Part shown: piece after piece, positions 12,161-26,215 of the stretch
How positions within the stretch are numbered: the first letter of the stretch is position 1
Layout of the letters: each line of letters starts with the position of its first letter
Assembly: GCA_905178155.1 (NCBI GenBank)
Contig: CAJINV010000004.1
Span: forward strand, 4,458,518 to 4,522,517
From: Amoebophrya sp. A120
Taxonomy: Eukaryota > Protista > Dinoflagellata
Length of the DNA stretch: 64,000 bases
Direction of reading: 5' to 3'
Program-made: the position numbers and the translations under genes
Notes under the pieces: model-generated
What the model saw: the letters and a program-made list of their open reading frames with translations, nothing else
What the model was told of the DNA's origin: nothing
Database searches by the model: none

Positions 12161-14925
12161 ATGACTTGGGTACTGGACAGACTTCGTGACGCCGCGGGAA
12201 CGGTGTGCTCCTGTGGCCAAGTAGTAGCTGCAGATGAAAATTCCGAACCCCTCGTTGTACCATCGAGTTCGAGATTGCCGCTCCTGGCGGAGGAGGACCA
12301 GGCGACCGCAGCGATCGCAGATTCTTTCAACGATTTTGATACACATACACGAGATCATACCATCGACGAAGCACGAAAAACCGTGGACCCGCACGGTGTA
12401 CTAGGTCCGCCTGCCCGTCAAAACACACTTCCAGGAATGGCTGTGCAGCTTCCTACTAAACCCTTCTCATCTTCCGGAGGTGCAGCTGCGAGTGTACTTT
12501 CCCCTCGAGAAGTTGCAGGTCTTCTGGCGCATGAAGATTTGACAGCATCCAAGACCTCTGAAGCTGTTCATCGCGACCAAGATTTACAAAGCACCACGGA
12601 CGAGGAAAACTTCACTTCGCGGATCGGTAAATACAAGTGGTCCCCGGGCTACGCGGAGAGGCTGCAGCAATGGCAGCTGGCACACCCGGAAGATGTAGTT
12701 AGCAGCTCCTCTACAACAACTTCCGCCACTACTGCAGCCTCCAATTTGTTTCCTACAGCACCAGCAGAGAGCGACACCGACAATCTCCCGCCGCAGAATC
12801 GATCCAGGCAGCTGCGGAAACCCGGAGCGGGCAAGAAATTTCCCCAGCAAAGCCGGTTCCCGAAGCCCGAGGGCGAAGCATTCAATGTGGACGACCTGGT
12901 TACCATCGACGGGAAATCCCCACCCCGACCCGACCCCCGGGACAAGCTGCGGGCGCTGCAGAAGAAACCGCTGCCCATGCCGGTGTACCACAAGAAACAC
13001 GCAAATGCCAATGTGAAAATCAGCATGGCCGAAGTGGAAAAGCACAAAACGCGGAAGGATTTGTGGATGGTGCTGGGGATATCAAGTGCAAAAATGTCTG
13101 GGTCTGGAAGATTGCGAGATTTGTCATGCTAGTCTAAACTCTCGGATAAGAGTTCATCGATGAAGGATTCCGTTTGGATTTTTTTGGATTTTTGTCGCAC
13201 AAAGAGGAGCAGCAACATGTAGCCCCGAGCGCTTTAGAGGCGCTTGCCCACCGGGAGTAGTATTGCTGCAGCTGTAGCAAAGGCGTGGCAGCTGATCTAG
13301 CGACACAACCTGCGCTACTGGGGCCCCGACCTCCGGGGCCTGCGGGGCATCAGGCTCAGGCGCAGTGGGCTCAGCCGAAGTCTACAATGCGCCAAGGCCG
13401 CGCGCAGCAGCTTTAATTCTAAGCCGCTACCCCAACCCCGGCGTCCTCATTCGGGTTGGGGTGTGCGTGCGCTTTGTTAAGTCGTAACCAACAAAAATGG
13501 CCAAAGACCTATCACGGCGCCCCGAACCACCGACGAAAAAGCCCCGGAACAGGCGCAGGTCATCCTTGCCACTATTATTCTATCTGATTGAAGATCGTAC
13601 GACCCCGATGAGACAAGCTCACCGGCTTGTTTGCAGAGCATTATGTTGCGCGCCCCGATGGTTGACCCCCTATCTTCGGGCGCCGTGGATTTTCAAAAGA
13701 GCAGACGATCGGAGGGGGCTGACCCACCACCCTTCCTCCTTCCGGATTTCCGTGGATTTTTTTTGGCTGCCTCAAAAAATAAAAGGATAACTTCTTTCCC
13801 GCGTGCTATGGTCGAGTCAGAGAAAACATCCTTTTATTTTTTCCCAAAATCCAAATATTTGCGGAAAAATCCTGGAAAATCCGCATGAAATCCCTGTGCA
13901 GGTGGAGCCGCACAGGGGTGGGGTCGGGGGGGGGGTAGTTGAATGCCCCTCCACAGGTGCTCGACCCCCCATCAAGGTATTGAAAGGCCCGCCGGCCATC
14001 ACAGGGCCGCGGGCGGGGCCGCGTCGTGGAATAGGTTGCGTTCCTTGATCTTTGTGGGTTGGGTTTCGTTCCCGTTGGCCGCAGCTTTGCAGCTGAGGAC
14101 AGCGGGGCCTATTGCTTCCGCGCCGCCCTCGCGTGTTTGCTTCGGGCCCCCGGCGAGTTTGGTGCCGCGCCGAAACGATCGGGACCGGCCAAGCAGGAGG
14201 CGAGTGTTTGCGCACCATAACCAGGCCAAACGCCCCCCGAACGCTTCGCGCCCCTCTTCGGCCTTCATGAAGCGGCGCGATTGCCATCGGGAGGGTCTTT
14301 AAATGCCACCCCAAGCCGAACAATTCTAGAAATAGCGCAAGCCATGCAAGGCCCACAGAGCCCAAACGCTCGCCCCAGACACACGCTCTGCCATCGTATT
14401 TACGCGCGCGAAAAATCCACGAAAATCCAAACGCGTTATTTCATCGAGCGAATTCCAGTCCAAATAACTCTGTGTTGCATGGCCGCGAAGAGCTCCGCCT
14501 CCCTGTTATGCAAAAACGCAGTTTGTCATGCGGAATACGCAACTCAGAACCATGAAAAAAACTTGTCATGCTTGGCAGCGCATCATTGTGAGTTCACTAT
14601 TCTCTTTCTTGCATCACAAGTTTCCAGACCCAGACATATTTGCAATGCATAGGGGAATTGCGTGTACGACTGCACGGCCTACATGAACAAGCATCCCGGC
14701 GGGAAAGGCACCGTCCTGCAGGCCGCCGGACAGGACGGGACGGAGTTGTTTATGAAGGCCCACCCCTGGGTCAGCTACCACATCATCCTCGACAACGTGT
14801 TTCTAGGGCGGTTGGACGGAACTAGTGGTCCTGCTGGAGGCAGCAAGTCTTTAGCCGTTCCGGCCGGCAGCAGCGGCGGCGCTACTGCAGCCTCGGTTCC
14901 TCCTGCTACCGGTCCGAGAAAATGA
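12161..14925 (+). CDS. Cytochrome b5 heme-binding domain protein with long disordered N-terminus
   Basis: After removing 13080-14651: ISMAEVEKHKTRKDLWMVLGNCVYDCTAYMNKHPGGKGTVLQAAGQDGTELFMKAHPWV, containing HPGG, G-D-T and the second heme His. Confidence 0.93.
13080..14651. mobile_element. Introner family B enlarged to 1.57 kb by a nested insertion
   Basis: Family B TIRs at both ends; TSD GGGGA; splits the cytochrome b5 domain (VLG|NCVYD). Confidence 0.92.
13143..14465. mobile_element. Nested ~1.3-kb TIR-type element inside the introner
   Basis: Imperfect subterminal inverted repeats TCGATGAA..CGTTTGGATTTT..TGGATTTT / AAAATCCA..AAAATCCAAACG..TTCATCGA; flanked by AACTCT (13137-13142, 14466-14471); GC-rich interior with no credible ORF. 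Confidence 0.6.
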
Positions 14926-15790
14926 GGAGCGTCGTCGTGTGCACGGCCGCTGCCAAACGAAAACTTGAAGATCGTTTTTTCGGTTTCAGTTTTAGCAAAC
15001 ACAAAACTGCCTTTTTTGATCATTTTTCCCCATTCCCATTTATCCCCATCCTCGATGACGTATGCACAATTTCAGGAGTCTGTCCTCGATAGACGCAGAA
15101 CAGGACGAATAAATATTCAGCTTAAAAATGAGAGGTAGCATAGCTCCTTTTCCAAAATCAGATCGACCTCCAGCGCACAATCATAACGTGAGCCCCCCAG
15201 GCTGTCTGCTAGTCGCATTTACTTCGAAGACAAAAGGAATCAATCTCAATGTACGCGTCCGATGGACGACACGACAGAGACGAAAATAATAATAAATCAG
15301 TACCTGCAAGTGCGGTGATCGTTTAGTGGCACTCGACGGGCTATTCGAGTCGTGATTTTTTCTCGGAGGACTAAGAACGTTCGATTTTGTTCGGAAAAAC
15401 CGAACTTATTCAATTTTGTCGTGACAGTTCCTGATCGTCATCGCCTGCTCTGCGGAGGTGGAGCACTCGTCTGCACTGGCTTCGTCAAGTATAATTTGGT
15501 GGCCGTTTCTCTTTATTAACCCTATCGCTATCCCTAATGAGTGCAGTCGAAGTTTGAGTGACAAAGCTTTTCTCGTCGTCTAGTCATTCATGACTTCCTC
15601 AGCATGATCACTCATGACTTCCCCTCCATGACATATTGAAGCCGGTGTAGTTGATGACGCGTTCTTTGTCTCATGTATCGTTGAGTTTGTGTAAGTGTAG
15701 TGAGCGAAGTGCAGATCTGTCCTCCATCTTGTTCCTGCGTTTTTGTTGAAATAAGACACTTGCCTTTTCTACCAAGAAGGAAAACAAATC

Positions 15791-16486
15791 ATGGGTCTTC
15801 TCTCCTCCTCCTCCTCCGCCGTTCCAGCCGCGGAGCAGGCACTCGCGGAGCTGGCCAAGGAGAAGCACTGGCCGAACGAGAGTCTTTCCGAAGGGTTCCC
15901 CCCGAAAGCCGTTGCGAATTCGCCCGCCGCCAACGCGGGGTTACCCCCCATTCCCGAGTTTGCGATCCCGAGCCAGCACCCGGGAAGTTTTCCGCCGCCC
16001 GGTGGGCCGAGCGCGGCCGGGGGGTTCGACATTCCAAACATGTACCCGACGCGAACCATACGGGGCTTCGCCGCCAACTCGGCACTGCTGCAAACCATGT
16101 CGGCATTGAACGTGTTGAAGGACGCGTCCTCCCAGGCCGTGTCGATCCTGAAGGGAAATACCGCGATGCGCACCCGCGCAGAGGAAGCGTACCAGGAGGC
16201 CCTACAGATGGATCCGGACGCCGTAACGAAGCTGACGCTGAAGCAACTGCAGGAGCAGAGCCGGAATGTGTCTTCGCGCAGTGAGCGCTTCCTGCACGCG
16301 ATGGCCAGTACGGTGCGGCAGGCAGAGCTTGCAGTCGAAGGTATGAAGGAACAGATGCGGGGCTTTCTGGACGTCGAGCCGCCCGACTATCGTGCGCTGA
16401 TAACAGGAGGTACACCAGAGGGAGGAGCGATGCAAGGAGGTCCAGCACCAGGGAACAGCCTTTACGGGTCGATGCTCCAGCGATAG
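15791..16486 (+). CDS. Hypothetical protein, 231 aa, Pro-rich then helical/coiled-coil
   Basis: Single ORF with the same GC3-rich codon pattern as neighbouring genes; no family recognised. Confidence 0.75.
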   Translation: MGLLSSSSSAVPAAEQALAELAKEKHWPNESLSEGFPPKAVANSPAANAGLPPIPEFAIPSQHPGSFPPPGGPSAAGGFDIPNMYPTRTIRGFAANSALLQTMSALNVLKDASSQAVSILKGNTAMRTRAEEAYQEALQMDPDAVTKLTLKQLQEQSRNVSSRSERFLHAMASTVRQAELAVEGMKEQMRGFLDVEPPDYRALITGGTPEGGAMQGGPAPGNSLYGSMLQR

Positions 16487-17857
16487 CTGAGGGCGTAGAG
16501 TGACGCTGTTGAATTTTCGTTGCAGCTTTGTAAAAACGATCGTCCGGATCATGTTGATGATGTTGGTCCTACTGTTGATGTATTGTGATCATTAATTGAA
16601 GTCATGTGGTAAAAAATATTAATTTTTAGCACCACGAGGGAATGTAGTAGACAGGCTGCTCTTGGCTTGCTGGACGTCATAAATATTTTTGTTCTGAAGC
16701 AGACCCGCTCAGTTGTGGGAAGAAGTACTTCTAAAACCGCACTGTTGCAGCTTGTGTGTGAAGGTGATCCTGATCTGCAGTCGTGATAGATGATAATATG
16801 CCAAAGCCATACAAATACAACTTCTGCATCACGATCTCGAACGCGATCCTCGCTCGATTGTTGTCACGAAGGACATCCAGTAGCCTAGCATTGGAGCTGA
16901 TCGTAGAGATCTCCTGAACGGCGAAAGGTCAGGAATTACAAAGACTGCGCAGAAGCGACATGCACATGCTCAACCAAGTCCAAGATAGATCTCAATCTTA
17001 CGTATAATGCAGGTATGCAGATTTAGAATAACATCACGAAGGAGAGAAGAAGGGCAACGCTAACGCACCACGGCAAGCGTTCGTGAACCTGTAAGATCTT
17101 GCCCTGATCTGGTAACCAAAGACCCCTTTTTCACCACTTATGTTTAATCCAAAATTTTTCAGATTCAGTCGTGTCGAACTGTCTTGAAGTTCGTTTAAGA
17201 AAGTACCCGATGCAATAAAACTCACACTTTATTAAGAGGATTCTTGTCCGTGCTTTTTAGAGATTTCCTCTTAGACCACGACAATTGAAGCAGCCACTAA
17301 CACTGGCCACTCTTCCTGTAAGAATAAAATTTAGGGGATTATCTACACCCACCAGAAGGTGCTGTGACGCGAACTTCGAAGAGTTTTTAGAAGTTCGTTT
17401 TGATAGCGAAAAATTGATAGCTATGGAAGAAAATAAAGAATTTCACTACACTGTTGTAAAATCTAAGCAATTATCTCAACATAATTCTCACTTGTTGTAA
17501 AATTTTAAGCAATTATTCTCACTTTGTTGTAAGATTATAGCACCAAAACTATATCACAAAATCAAGATTGACACACAAGCATGGACTACATGTACAATTA
17601 TTGTGACTGACCTGTCGTATTTAGTTCGATAGCAGAAAAAAGAGAAGCAGCCTACCGACTTTTTGCAAAAACATCAATTTTGATTTTCCAATGCAAAACA
17701 AATAACTCGACGCTATTGCCAGAGTCAGAAACCAGCAATTTCCCTGTCAACGCGGTTAACGCACACAAAAATATCAACAACGCTGAACAAATATTACGGA
17801 ATACCGAAGCCACCTACTACTGCTTGCGATTCTACTCCAGAAGTAAAACGACACAAA

Positions 17858-18779
17858 ATGACGCAGATGGAATATCGCGCACGAGCGCACAACTCACTGT
17901 CGCGGCGATTGGTGGCCACTGTTGCCACCGTGCTGATCGCAAGCTTTTCGGAAGTAGCCTCGGGGCGCAGGAGAGCTGCATTCAAACCTGAAGACGTTGA
18001 ACTCCAGCGTCCGGTGGAAGAAGGCACCAGAGCTACTAGAGACCGATCGCGGTCTCCGCCTTCGACTTCGCGAGTGGCGGCCGCTGACGAGAGCAATGGT
18101 GAGAGCGCTGCTGCGTCTTCGTCCTCCTCTACCTCATCACCCCTGTACCGGCCGCGCGCCTCTCTTGCTTCGCCCGGATCTAATTCCCGCGGCGGTGCGA
18201 GGCAGGATCATGGTGGGTTGGATCTCTCGGTGCTAGACCAGCAATATGGCAGCTCCGGACGTGGTGCTGGTCGGCAGCTTTACGCCGCACATTCATCCAG
18301 GCCATCGAAGCACCCACCGGTGCCGCGTGGTGCGCCGCGCGCGCTGGCCCCAAGTGCGGATCCTGCTTCCGTCGCCACTACAACCGACCTTCTTCTGAAA
18401 AAGGATTTTGAAAGCGAGCCGGATGGAGACCGCCTCTTCGCCAACAAGGACGTGGTCAAGCACTTCTTCGAGTCTCTTTGGAACAACTTCGAACTGAGCT
18501 GCAAAAAATCCGGACGGTACTCCAACAATGGGTGTCTGAAGCTGGGGCACCACCTCTTAGGATTTCAGTACGTCCAGCACAGCAACCCTGCTGCTCTAAA
18601 AGTCGACGACCCCGTGTCGACTGGGAAAGCCAAAAAATCCGGTTCCTGGGTGGCGGACCCAAAAGTGCAGCACGAGCTGGTGGTGGAGGTGCTACACCGA
18701 TTTTTGAAGAGGGTCGAGGAGCTTGGGGCAATTTCGCCGACGGAGGAGGAAGGGGCGAGCGGTGGTGCTAGTAGCTCTG

Positions 18780-18812
<33 letters not shown>

Positions 18813-21800
18813 TAGCATCATCGTCAGGACAACAGCATCAAGTATTGCCAGGAGGAGAACGACAACTGCAACTATCAGTGGAGCAAGGCGGTGGTGCAGG
18901 TCCATCATCCCCAGAAGCTGTAGACCTTGAAAGCGGGCGGGGGCAACATGTAATTGCTGCGTCCCCGGCAACATCATCAACGTCACGCGTGGCGACGGGT
19001 CGTCCAGCCCGCGAGGCCGAGCGAATCCGGGAGATTTTAAAACTCCTTGGAAGTGCAGCCGACCGATCGGGTGGCTGCGTAGTTAGCTCGACGGCGTTGT
19101 GCGAATGGGTCACAGACGATCTGGAGCAGCTGCACCTGCAGGTCCACAGAGAAAAGGAGGAATTGAGGAGATTGAAGGAATGCCCGGTAATGGGACAAAG
19201 CATGCACGACGCGCAAGTGCTTGATGATCTTCCGTACAGCACAACAGGGCGGCCACTGCGTTATGTGACTAACGAGGGACAGGATGAAGAGCTAGTAGTC
19301 TCATGGGAGGGGAACGGTTTGTACACGGGAGCCGAATACCCCGTTACGAGGACATCCACATCTTTTCCCGATGGAACGGGCGCCGCGGACCTGAGTGCCT
19401 CCGACAGGGCAGAACTCGAGCAGAAGCAACGGTTGCTGCGGCAGGCCCTGCAGCTTGCGGTCAACGATTTTTTCCAGGAGCGCGTTCACAATTTTGTTTG
19501 GGCCGACGCGGGGCGCGACGCCGTCAACGTTGCGAAAAGCCTAGCGGGGTGGGTCTGCCGGGAATTCGTCACCTTTGGGCTGATCAACATTGTCGTGCAG
19601 TACGGGCCCGGCATGACCAGCGCGGACATTCTGGCTCCGGGTGCCGCAGGAGCCACCGCTGCGGGCGTCGTCTCGGCAGTCGCCACGGCCCGGCGGGCCA
19701 AGGCGTCCCTGTCGATCGTCGCGGCGCTCACCTACTCGACCAAAGCGTTCTGGCGACCGTTTGCCGACTCGTGGAGGCTGCCTGGCCGTTTGATGGAGAC
19801 CGTGTCACGGTGGACCTTTTACTTCACGCTTGGGCAGTGGTTCCCCGGCTGCCAGACCGGGGCCGGCACGGCGTTGCGCTGGACCGCTTCGGCGTTGAGC
19901 TTTGGGAACGCAGCGGCCCGGCCGATGAAACCGCTTCTCCAGCGCTACACTGCCACAGCGCCGTTGAAAAAGGTATTGACCTTGCTGAAGTTCTTCACAT
20001 GGAGGTTGTTTTCCGAGAAAAGACATTGGCTATAAGTTGTCGCAGAAAATGAAAATGACTGTCAAATGAAAAGCTAACACGAAGCGCAAAATAATAATTG
20101 TGCCCATCATGAATGCAAATGGAAATTTTTTTTTTATTTTTACGTAGAAGTAGGTTGGCGTTATACAACTATCACTTCATCGCATTATCCACAGACCCTC
20201 GACGAAGACGCTGCCCAGATTTACAAGGTGCTGAATGATGTGGCTCCGCGGGAACCCTTTCAAAGGCGAGTGCTGGATAACTTGCTCCAATGGATGACGG
20301 AGCGAGAGGCGCGGCAGCAACTAAGGGAGGCGCAGGAAGACGGGCAAGTAGGATCTAGTACAGCTACACGAGCTCGAGCGCTGGCTGCGAGGGCCGCGAG
20401 CGGTGACGACGATGACGGGGCCTTTTTCGCGTTCCAAAAAGTCCAGGAATCCAAGGAGGCATTTCTCGATTTGTATTCCACGTCGCTGACGATTATGCCG
20501 CTGGCGCAACTGTTCCTTCACTGGTACAGTGGCAGTTGGGAATCGTCTTTCGCAGTTCTGCACGAGGACCCGGAGTTTCACAATACCCTGTTGCGCGCCG
20601 GGATTTTGTTTGCCCTCACTTCGAGCGCCGCCAAGAGCGGCTTAGCGAATCTGGTGGCGGCGCTGAAGCCGGTTCTTTACCAGGCGTTTGTATCTGGCAA
20701 AACTACGGGTTCTTCGGGAGGACGTCTTCCCGCGGAGAAGGGAAGCAACAAGGTCGTGCAGGGTGATGAAAAAAAAGAAGGATCGATGACAGACAAACAG
20801 AAACAATTTCGGACCCTGGTTGTCGTGAGCGCCGCGGCGGCCGCAGCGGTAGCCCTGTACTACACCGGCTCCACACTGACCGCGCAATGCGAAGGCAGTT
20901 GGAACTACGACGCGGGACTCGTGCCTTTCGCGAAAACGCAGACGCACGTCGTGGACCAGTCGTTTTGCGCCGACGGTGCGCAAATTACGCTTGGTAGTAC
21001 CCCCGCACAGCGGTTAGAATGGGAATTGGGGTTCTGTCAGAGGTCCTCGGCGTTTCGGAGACAAACCAACGAATTTCTAAAAAAGTGCAGGGAGGTCCAA
21101 GAAGGTTTACAGCAGCAAGCTCAACAAGCAAAAGGACCACAAGCTCAGGCTTTAGGTGGACAACTACAACTTCTCCGTGGCGCCACGTCAGCACCCGGGT
21201 CAGCAGCTTCGTCGGCCGCACAACTGGCGGCAGCGGGCGGGGCCGCGGTGAGTTTGACGCAAACAGGTCGTGTCGCTGCTCAAGCAGAGGGTCTTCATCC
21301 GGGAGGACGTCAAAGCGGACCCTCCTCCTCTTCTTCTTGGGGCGAAACCTTGCGGCATCTGGTGAGTCGCGAGCAAAAAGCGGAAATTGGCCGGAGCACA
21401 GAGGGAGTGAAAGATTCGTTGCTTGAACCGTTGAAGAAGGGAGGGATGAGCGCTGTTCTGCAGGATGATCTGAACTCGTGGCCAGCTCCGCAATTTGGCC
21501 AGGAGCCGGCAGTATCTTTTTCAGGTGCGACGCTCCATGCACCTAATCAAGAATACGTGGGTCGCGGCCGCGAGCGGCTTTGTAGGTACACGGATGGGGG
21601 GAGTAAAAGTAGCAGCTCCTCGTTCTGGCATGCTTCAATATTTTCCGAAACGTCCGCGGCAAAGAGAAGACGGCTGCAGGGCATGGAGAGCATCTTGGAA
21701 GCCCCGAGGACACAAGACGTGCGGATCGACAGCACCAGCACTGATCCAAAACACCTGCTCCCTGGTCGTCCGCAGGCTTTCGTAGAGACCCTCTTCGAGC

Positions 21801-22252
21801 GCAACCTTGAGATCAGTACCGGCGAAGCGAAAGACCTGCAGAGCCTGGTCGAGGGTATGGCGAAAGCGGTGCGGCTGAGCCAGCTGCGCATGGCGGTCGC
21901 GGTGGATGCGCTGTTTGAACGCGACGAGATTAACCAGCGCTGCGAGAGCATCAAATTTCACTCCGCGTTGGCGGAACAACAGTACAAAATGTGGCTCGCG
22001 GACGTCCAGAACGTGCAACGGGTGGTGCTACAGATGGCAAAAGGCGTTTTGCGGCCCAGCGAATGGCTGAGCGGTCCCGGCCACGCAGTCAGCTTTCTCT
22101 CCGCGGGCTTTTCCCGGGAGGCCATCGCGCCGTTGGACCAGTACATCGTGGATGGAACCACGTTTCAGAAATTTCTGGGATATTTCCGGTTTCTGACTGG
22201 AATGAAAGCGGAGGAGATTTCGCCTATTCTTCCAAGTGTATCCGCCGTTTAA
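17858..22252 (+). CDS. Large hypothetical protein (~1,390 aa), signal-peptide-like N-terminus and hydrophobic segments; one canonical intron 19973-20194
   Basis: AAG|GTATTG ... CCACAG|ACC joins ORFs 17858 and 20228 in frame (PLKK|TLDEDAAQIYKV). Confidence 0.8.
18782..18811 (+). repeat. (TCA)10 coding microsatellite encoding poly-Ser
   Basis: Directly visible within the CDS. Confidence 0.9.
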
Positions 22253-23167
22253 AGGATTGATGTTCCGATTCCTTTAAATGGTAACTGGAAATGGAGGTAG
22301 TGCTGCGGGTACGGATTTTGTATGATGATCTCATTTATCAATCGTTTAGATTTTTTCATATATTCATGATCTCTCAATAAACTCTAAGATATGACCACCT
22401 GGAAAAGGCGTGAATTACATATGTTTTTGTATGATATTGAATGATTGTAACTTGTACGAAATTGGAGCTTTTGAACAATACCAGAGTGTATTCCTGTAGG
22501 TGCAAAAAGAAATTTGGAAGAAGGGAGCACTTGAAGAAGATTTCCGTACGTAAAATGGGGACGAGAGCGAGTGATTTCTCGGCCTTCGAAAGTTCTACCG
22601 GTAGACGAGGAGGCAGTTGTGCGGTTGTTCGATTTCTTGTTCTTCGAGTTATTCGTTCCTCTTCTGGCGTGTTTCGTGCGTCACAGAGTGGCAGATGATC
22701 ATGACGAAATTTCTACTATCCCCTCAAGAACACATGATGTTGTATCTATGCCAAGGTCGTATTTCTACGCACAGGCTGCAGCACAGCTGCGTCTTCGGAC
22801 AAGATCGCCTCATCGCAAATCGTGGACAACTTGAAACCTACTAGGCATCTCGGTGCTTCTCCTTCTCCTTGCTGAGCCTGCTACAACCTTTCCAAAGTAT
22901 TGTCAGAGGATCATGTTGAAGTTGAACCACCAGACTCGGCCAAATAACAGAAGAGCAAGGAGAAGTAGGGTAGTACTTACTCAATGTTGGCAAAATATGC
23001 TTGAGGCTCTTTTGCCAAGTCAGGTCGTGCCCGGCGTCAGGTCGCCCTCGCAAAAGTATTTGGTAACGTCGCTTTATTCTAAAAACCAATTTCTTTCCAA
23101 CCCTCATTTTCTCGAGCTCAGAGGACATAGATCACTCACTAGCAACATTTCGAAAAAGAGAAACAAA

Positions 23168-24587
23168 ATGACGGCAAGAAGTTCATCCGCGACGAGCAGT
23201 GGGAATGGCAATACAACAGTGCACGTCGACCAGCAGAGGATACGAAACGACCCGAAGACGTCGAGCAGCGAAGGGACTACAGATGAATCTTTCCACCTGT
23301 TCGCAGCCTGGTGCGACAGCATACTGTGGAATGCACAGCTCCATCGTGGCTGGCGTTTGGAGCGGTACCTGATTCACGACTATGACACCAAGAATCTCGG
23401 TACCAGGCAGATGGAGAAACAAATAATAACAGGCAAAAGGAATGAAAATGAAAAAAGCCACGAGGATCTGTCTCTGTCACCAGACGACGACCTGCGCGCT
23501 GCCTGGGAACACGACATGCAGGCACTTGCAGCCACAAGTCGGCTGGTATATCGATGCAATGGGTCCGCGAGGTGGACGAGAAAAGCTACTGACGAGGCTG
23601 AAGATGAAGTAGAAGAAGATTCTGCTCACATAAGAGTAAGTCGAAGCGACGAGAGGACGGATCAAACACAACCCGACACGTCCTCATCATCTTCCGTGTG
23701 GCTTGATTACACAGAGGAAGGCAGTTTCCATTGTGAGAAGCAGGAGAATATCAAAGGGGACCACTTCCACCAGGTGGGGCGTGGTGCCACTAATGCAACG
23801 GGCACAACTAGGTCATCTTTGCCGTTCCAACAGACGTACAGGTGGCATGTAGGGAAAAGACGGTCTTCATCAACAGGCCAAGGTCGTCAAACTGGCTCTG
23901 TTCCAGGTGGAGGCGCCGCGAGCTCAATTGACGGAAGTCCGACCGGCGAACCTGACGCAATGGATGATCAACTACCCGCCGAAGCTCCTCTTGTAGACTT
24001 TGCCTCCATTTACGAGCACAACAAGAGTGCGAACGGGGGCAGCGGAGGTGGGTTGAGCGTCGCCGAAACGCTGCGCCAAACGCCGCTAGCGCAGTTCGAG
24101 TCGGGTTCATCAAGTGGAAGTAGAAACGTCCAACGTGGTGAGGATAATCCAAATGAAATGAATCAAAGTTCTGTAAAGAACCCAAACGAAGATGCAAGGA
24201 TATCACCTCTCTGGCTATCAGCGGTGCAGAACACTACAGGGGGTTTCCTGTGCGGAAAGGATCGTTACGAAGCGTGGCTCCGACTGCCAAGAAGAATATC
24301 ATACCAAAAAGTGTTAACGTTAACGGAATTTGGCATGCAGGAATGCACGAGAAAAGACGCCCAAATTTGTATTGCATAGCATGGATGATAGCGAAAATTT
24401 GTCATGCATGACTGCAATGCCCCAAAACCGTTAACGTTAGCACATTTTTGGTTGATAAAGAACTATGGGTAGTGTTGATAAAGAACTGCCGAAGCCGACA
24501 ATAAAGTCCTTCCGACTGCGGTACAGAATACGCGGGCCAAACAAGAACTACATAAGCGATACCGTGTATGTTTGCGATGACAGTTGA
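23168..24587 (+). CDS. DUF6314-like protein with low-complexity insertions; one introner
   Basis: Motifs WLDYTEEGSF, FQQTYRW, FLCGKDRYEA and, after splicing, FRLRYRIRGPNKNYISDTVY. Family call is from remembered motif pattern; start codon uncertain. Confidence 0.7.
24297..24457. mobile_element. Introner family F
   Basis: TIR ACCAAAAA.GTG.TAACGTTAACGG; TSD AAGAA; removal gives LPRRTMGS. Confidence 0.92.
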
Positions 24588-26215
24588 TGGATCAAGTTCA
24601 AGTGAGAAAAGTTTCACGGACGACGTTGACCTCGTGGCAGTTACGAACGAAGCGAAAGCGCCGCGGCATTTTTGCTGCACTGAATTCAGTATCGGTCTGA
24701 CAGTAAACGAAACTCCAATCGCGTGTGCAGTCTGTATTTCGCTCGTTGTTCCTTTTTCCAATTTAGTTGTCTGGGGTTTTGAAGATTTCGTCTCCAATTA
24801 AAGGTTCTCGAGCGTTTGATCCTGAGTCGTGAACAGGAGTGAATCGAGATGGACGTTTAATTGAGCGGATTTCGAGCCTGATCTTTCGAAGGAGTCGCAG
24901 CTTCTAATATCGGCACTTCGCATCGGAGTCAGAACTTAGGATGGTTTTTTTCGCGACATAAAGTTTCATTGTCATTCTCGGATTTCGTTCCCAATAAGCC
25001 TCGAACTCGAAGGAGAAAACTTTTTAGCAATGGTGAGAAATAAGCGCACTAAGTAAACAGATCTAAAGTCGTCCTTAGAGGAAGTGATACATCAACCGCG
25101 CTTCGCTGCTAACTACGAGCACCTCAGTGCAGGCAGAAAGTCTGTTCGTTCAAGGGCCTGGGCCGTGCGGTCCACCGGTGGGTTGTCTTCGTGCCGCAAC
25201 CGCGATTGGCTCTTTCGCGGTCATTCTACTGACGACCACTACCAACACGCGAAGTCGTTTGATACGATTACAGTACCGAGTCATCACCGTCACCGAGTCC
25301 CAGGTCTTCCTAGGAGGTCTTAGCCCCGCTGCGAGTGAGTCCGAGGATTTCCAGGGCCCCGTGCAGCTTCCACGCCGTAGCGGAAAAGAAGTTGCTTATT
25401 GTCGTCACGGCACGACAGAGGCGGATTTTTGACACGACGAGAACAAACGGCGACGTGCAACTAAATTTTCCAGCGGCCGGACATTTTTCTTCGCGCTCCT
25501 GCGACGAGGCAATTCTACTTCAGTGAGCATCAAAGCTGCAAAGAACTGCTTCTATTCGAGGAGCAAACAGTCGTACCGCGAGTTATACGCACACGCCAAT
25601 ATCCGGACCGACATCGACTCACTAGCAGAACGAAGGAGCCGCAGCTCTGCTACACCGACAGACGTCCTCAACTAACGACGGAAGTTCTGGCTAGTTGTTT
25701 ACCATACTTGTAGTTCTCCAGGCAGCAGCACGACAAGAACTACAACTACAGCTTTGGCGAAAAGCCGCAGCTTATCCGTGACAACTTTCGACGTGGCCCG
25801 GCAAAAAACAAAAAGTTGTTGCTGCGGGTAACACGGCGTCAGGAAATCAAGACAAGTGAGAGCAGCGTCCTGCTCCATTCGTGGTGCATCATCATCCTCT
25901 CCCTGTGGTCCCTGCTGGTGGTGCGAATTTAATTCGAACTTGAAAACAAAGGAAAAGGGAGCTGCAGAGCTACTCCGAGCTACTTCTCCGCAGCTGACAC
26001 ACCTCAGACCCACAAAAAATCAACGAAAAAAAGCAGCGCCAACTACGACTGCGCTTCTCCTGTCAAGCGGACTAGTAGAGGCATCTACTTCTGTGAAGCG
26101 GACAAGAAGCATCCTCTGTTGCAGTCACCCAACGCCGGGTGTAGTACCATCCAGGGAAGTAGGAGAATAACAATAAAAGTTCCTCTAACTACAACAGAGA
26201 CAGACCATCCTCAAG

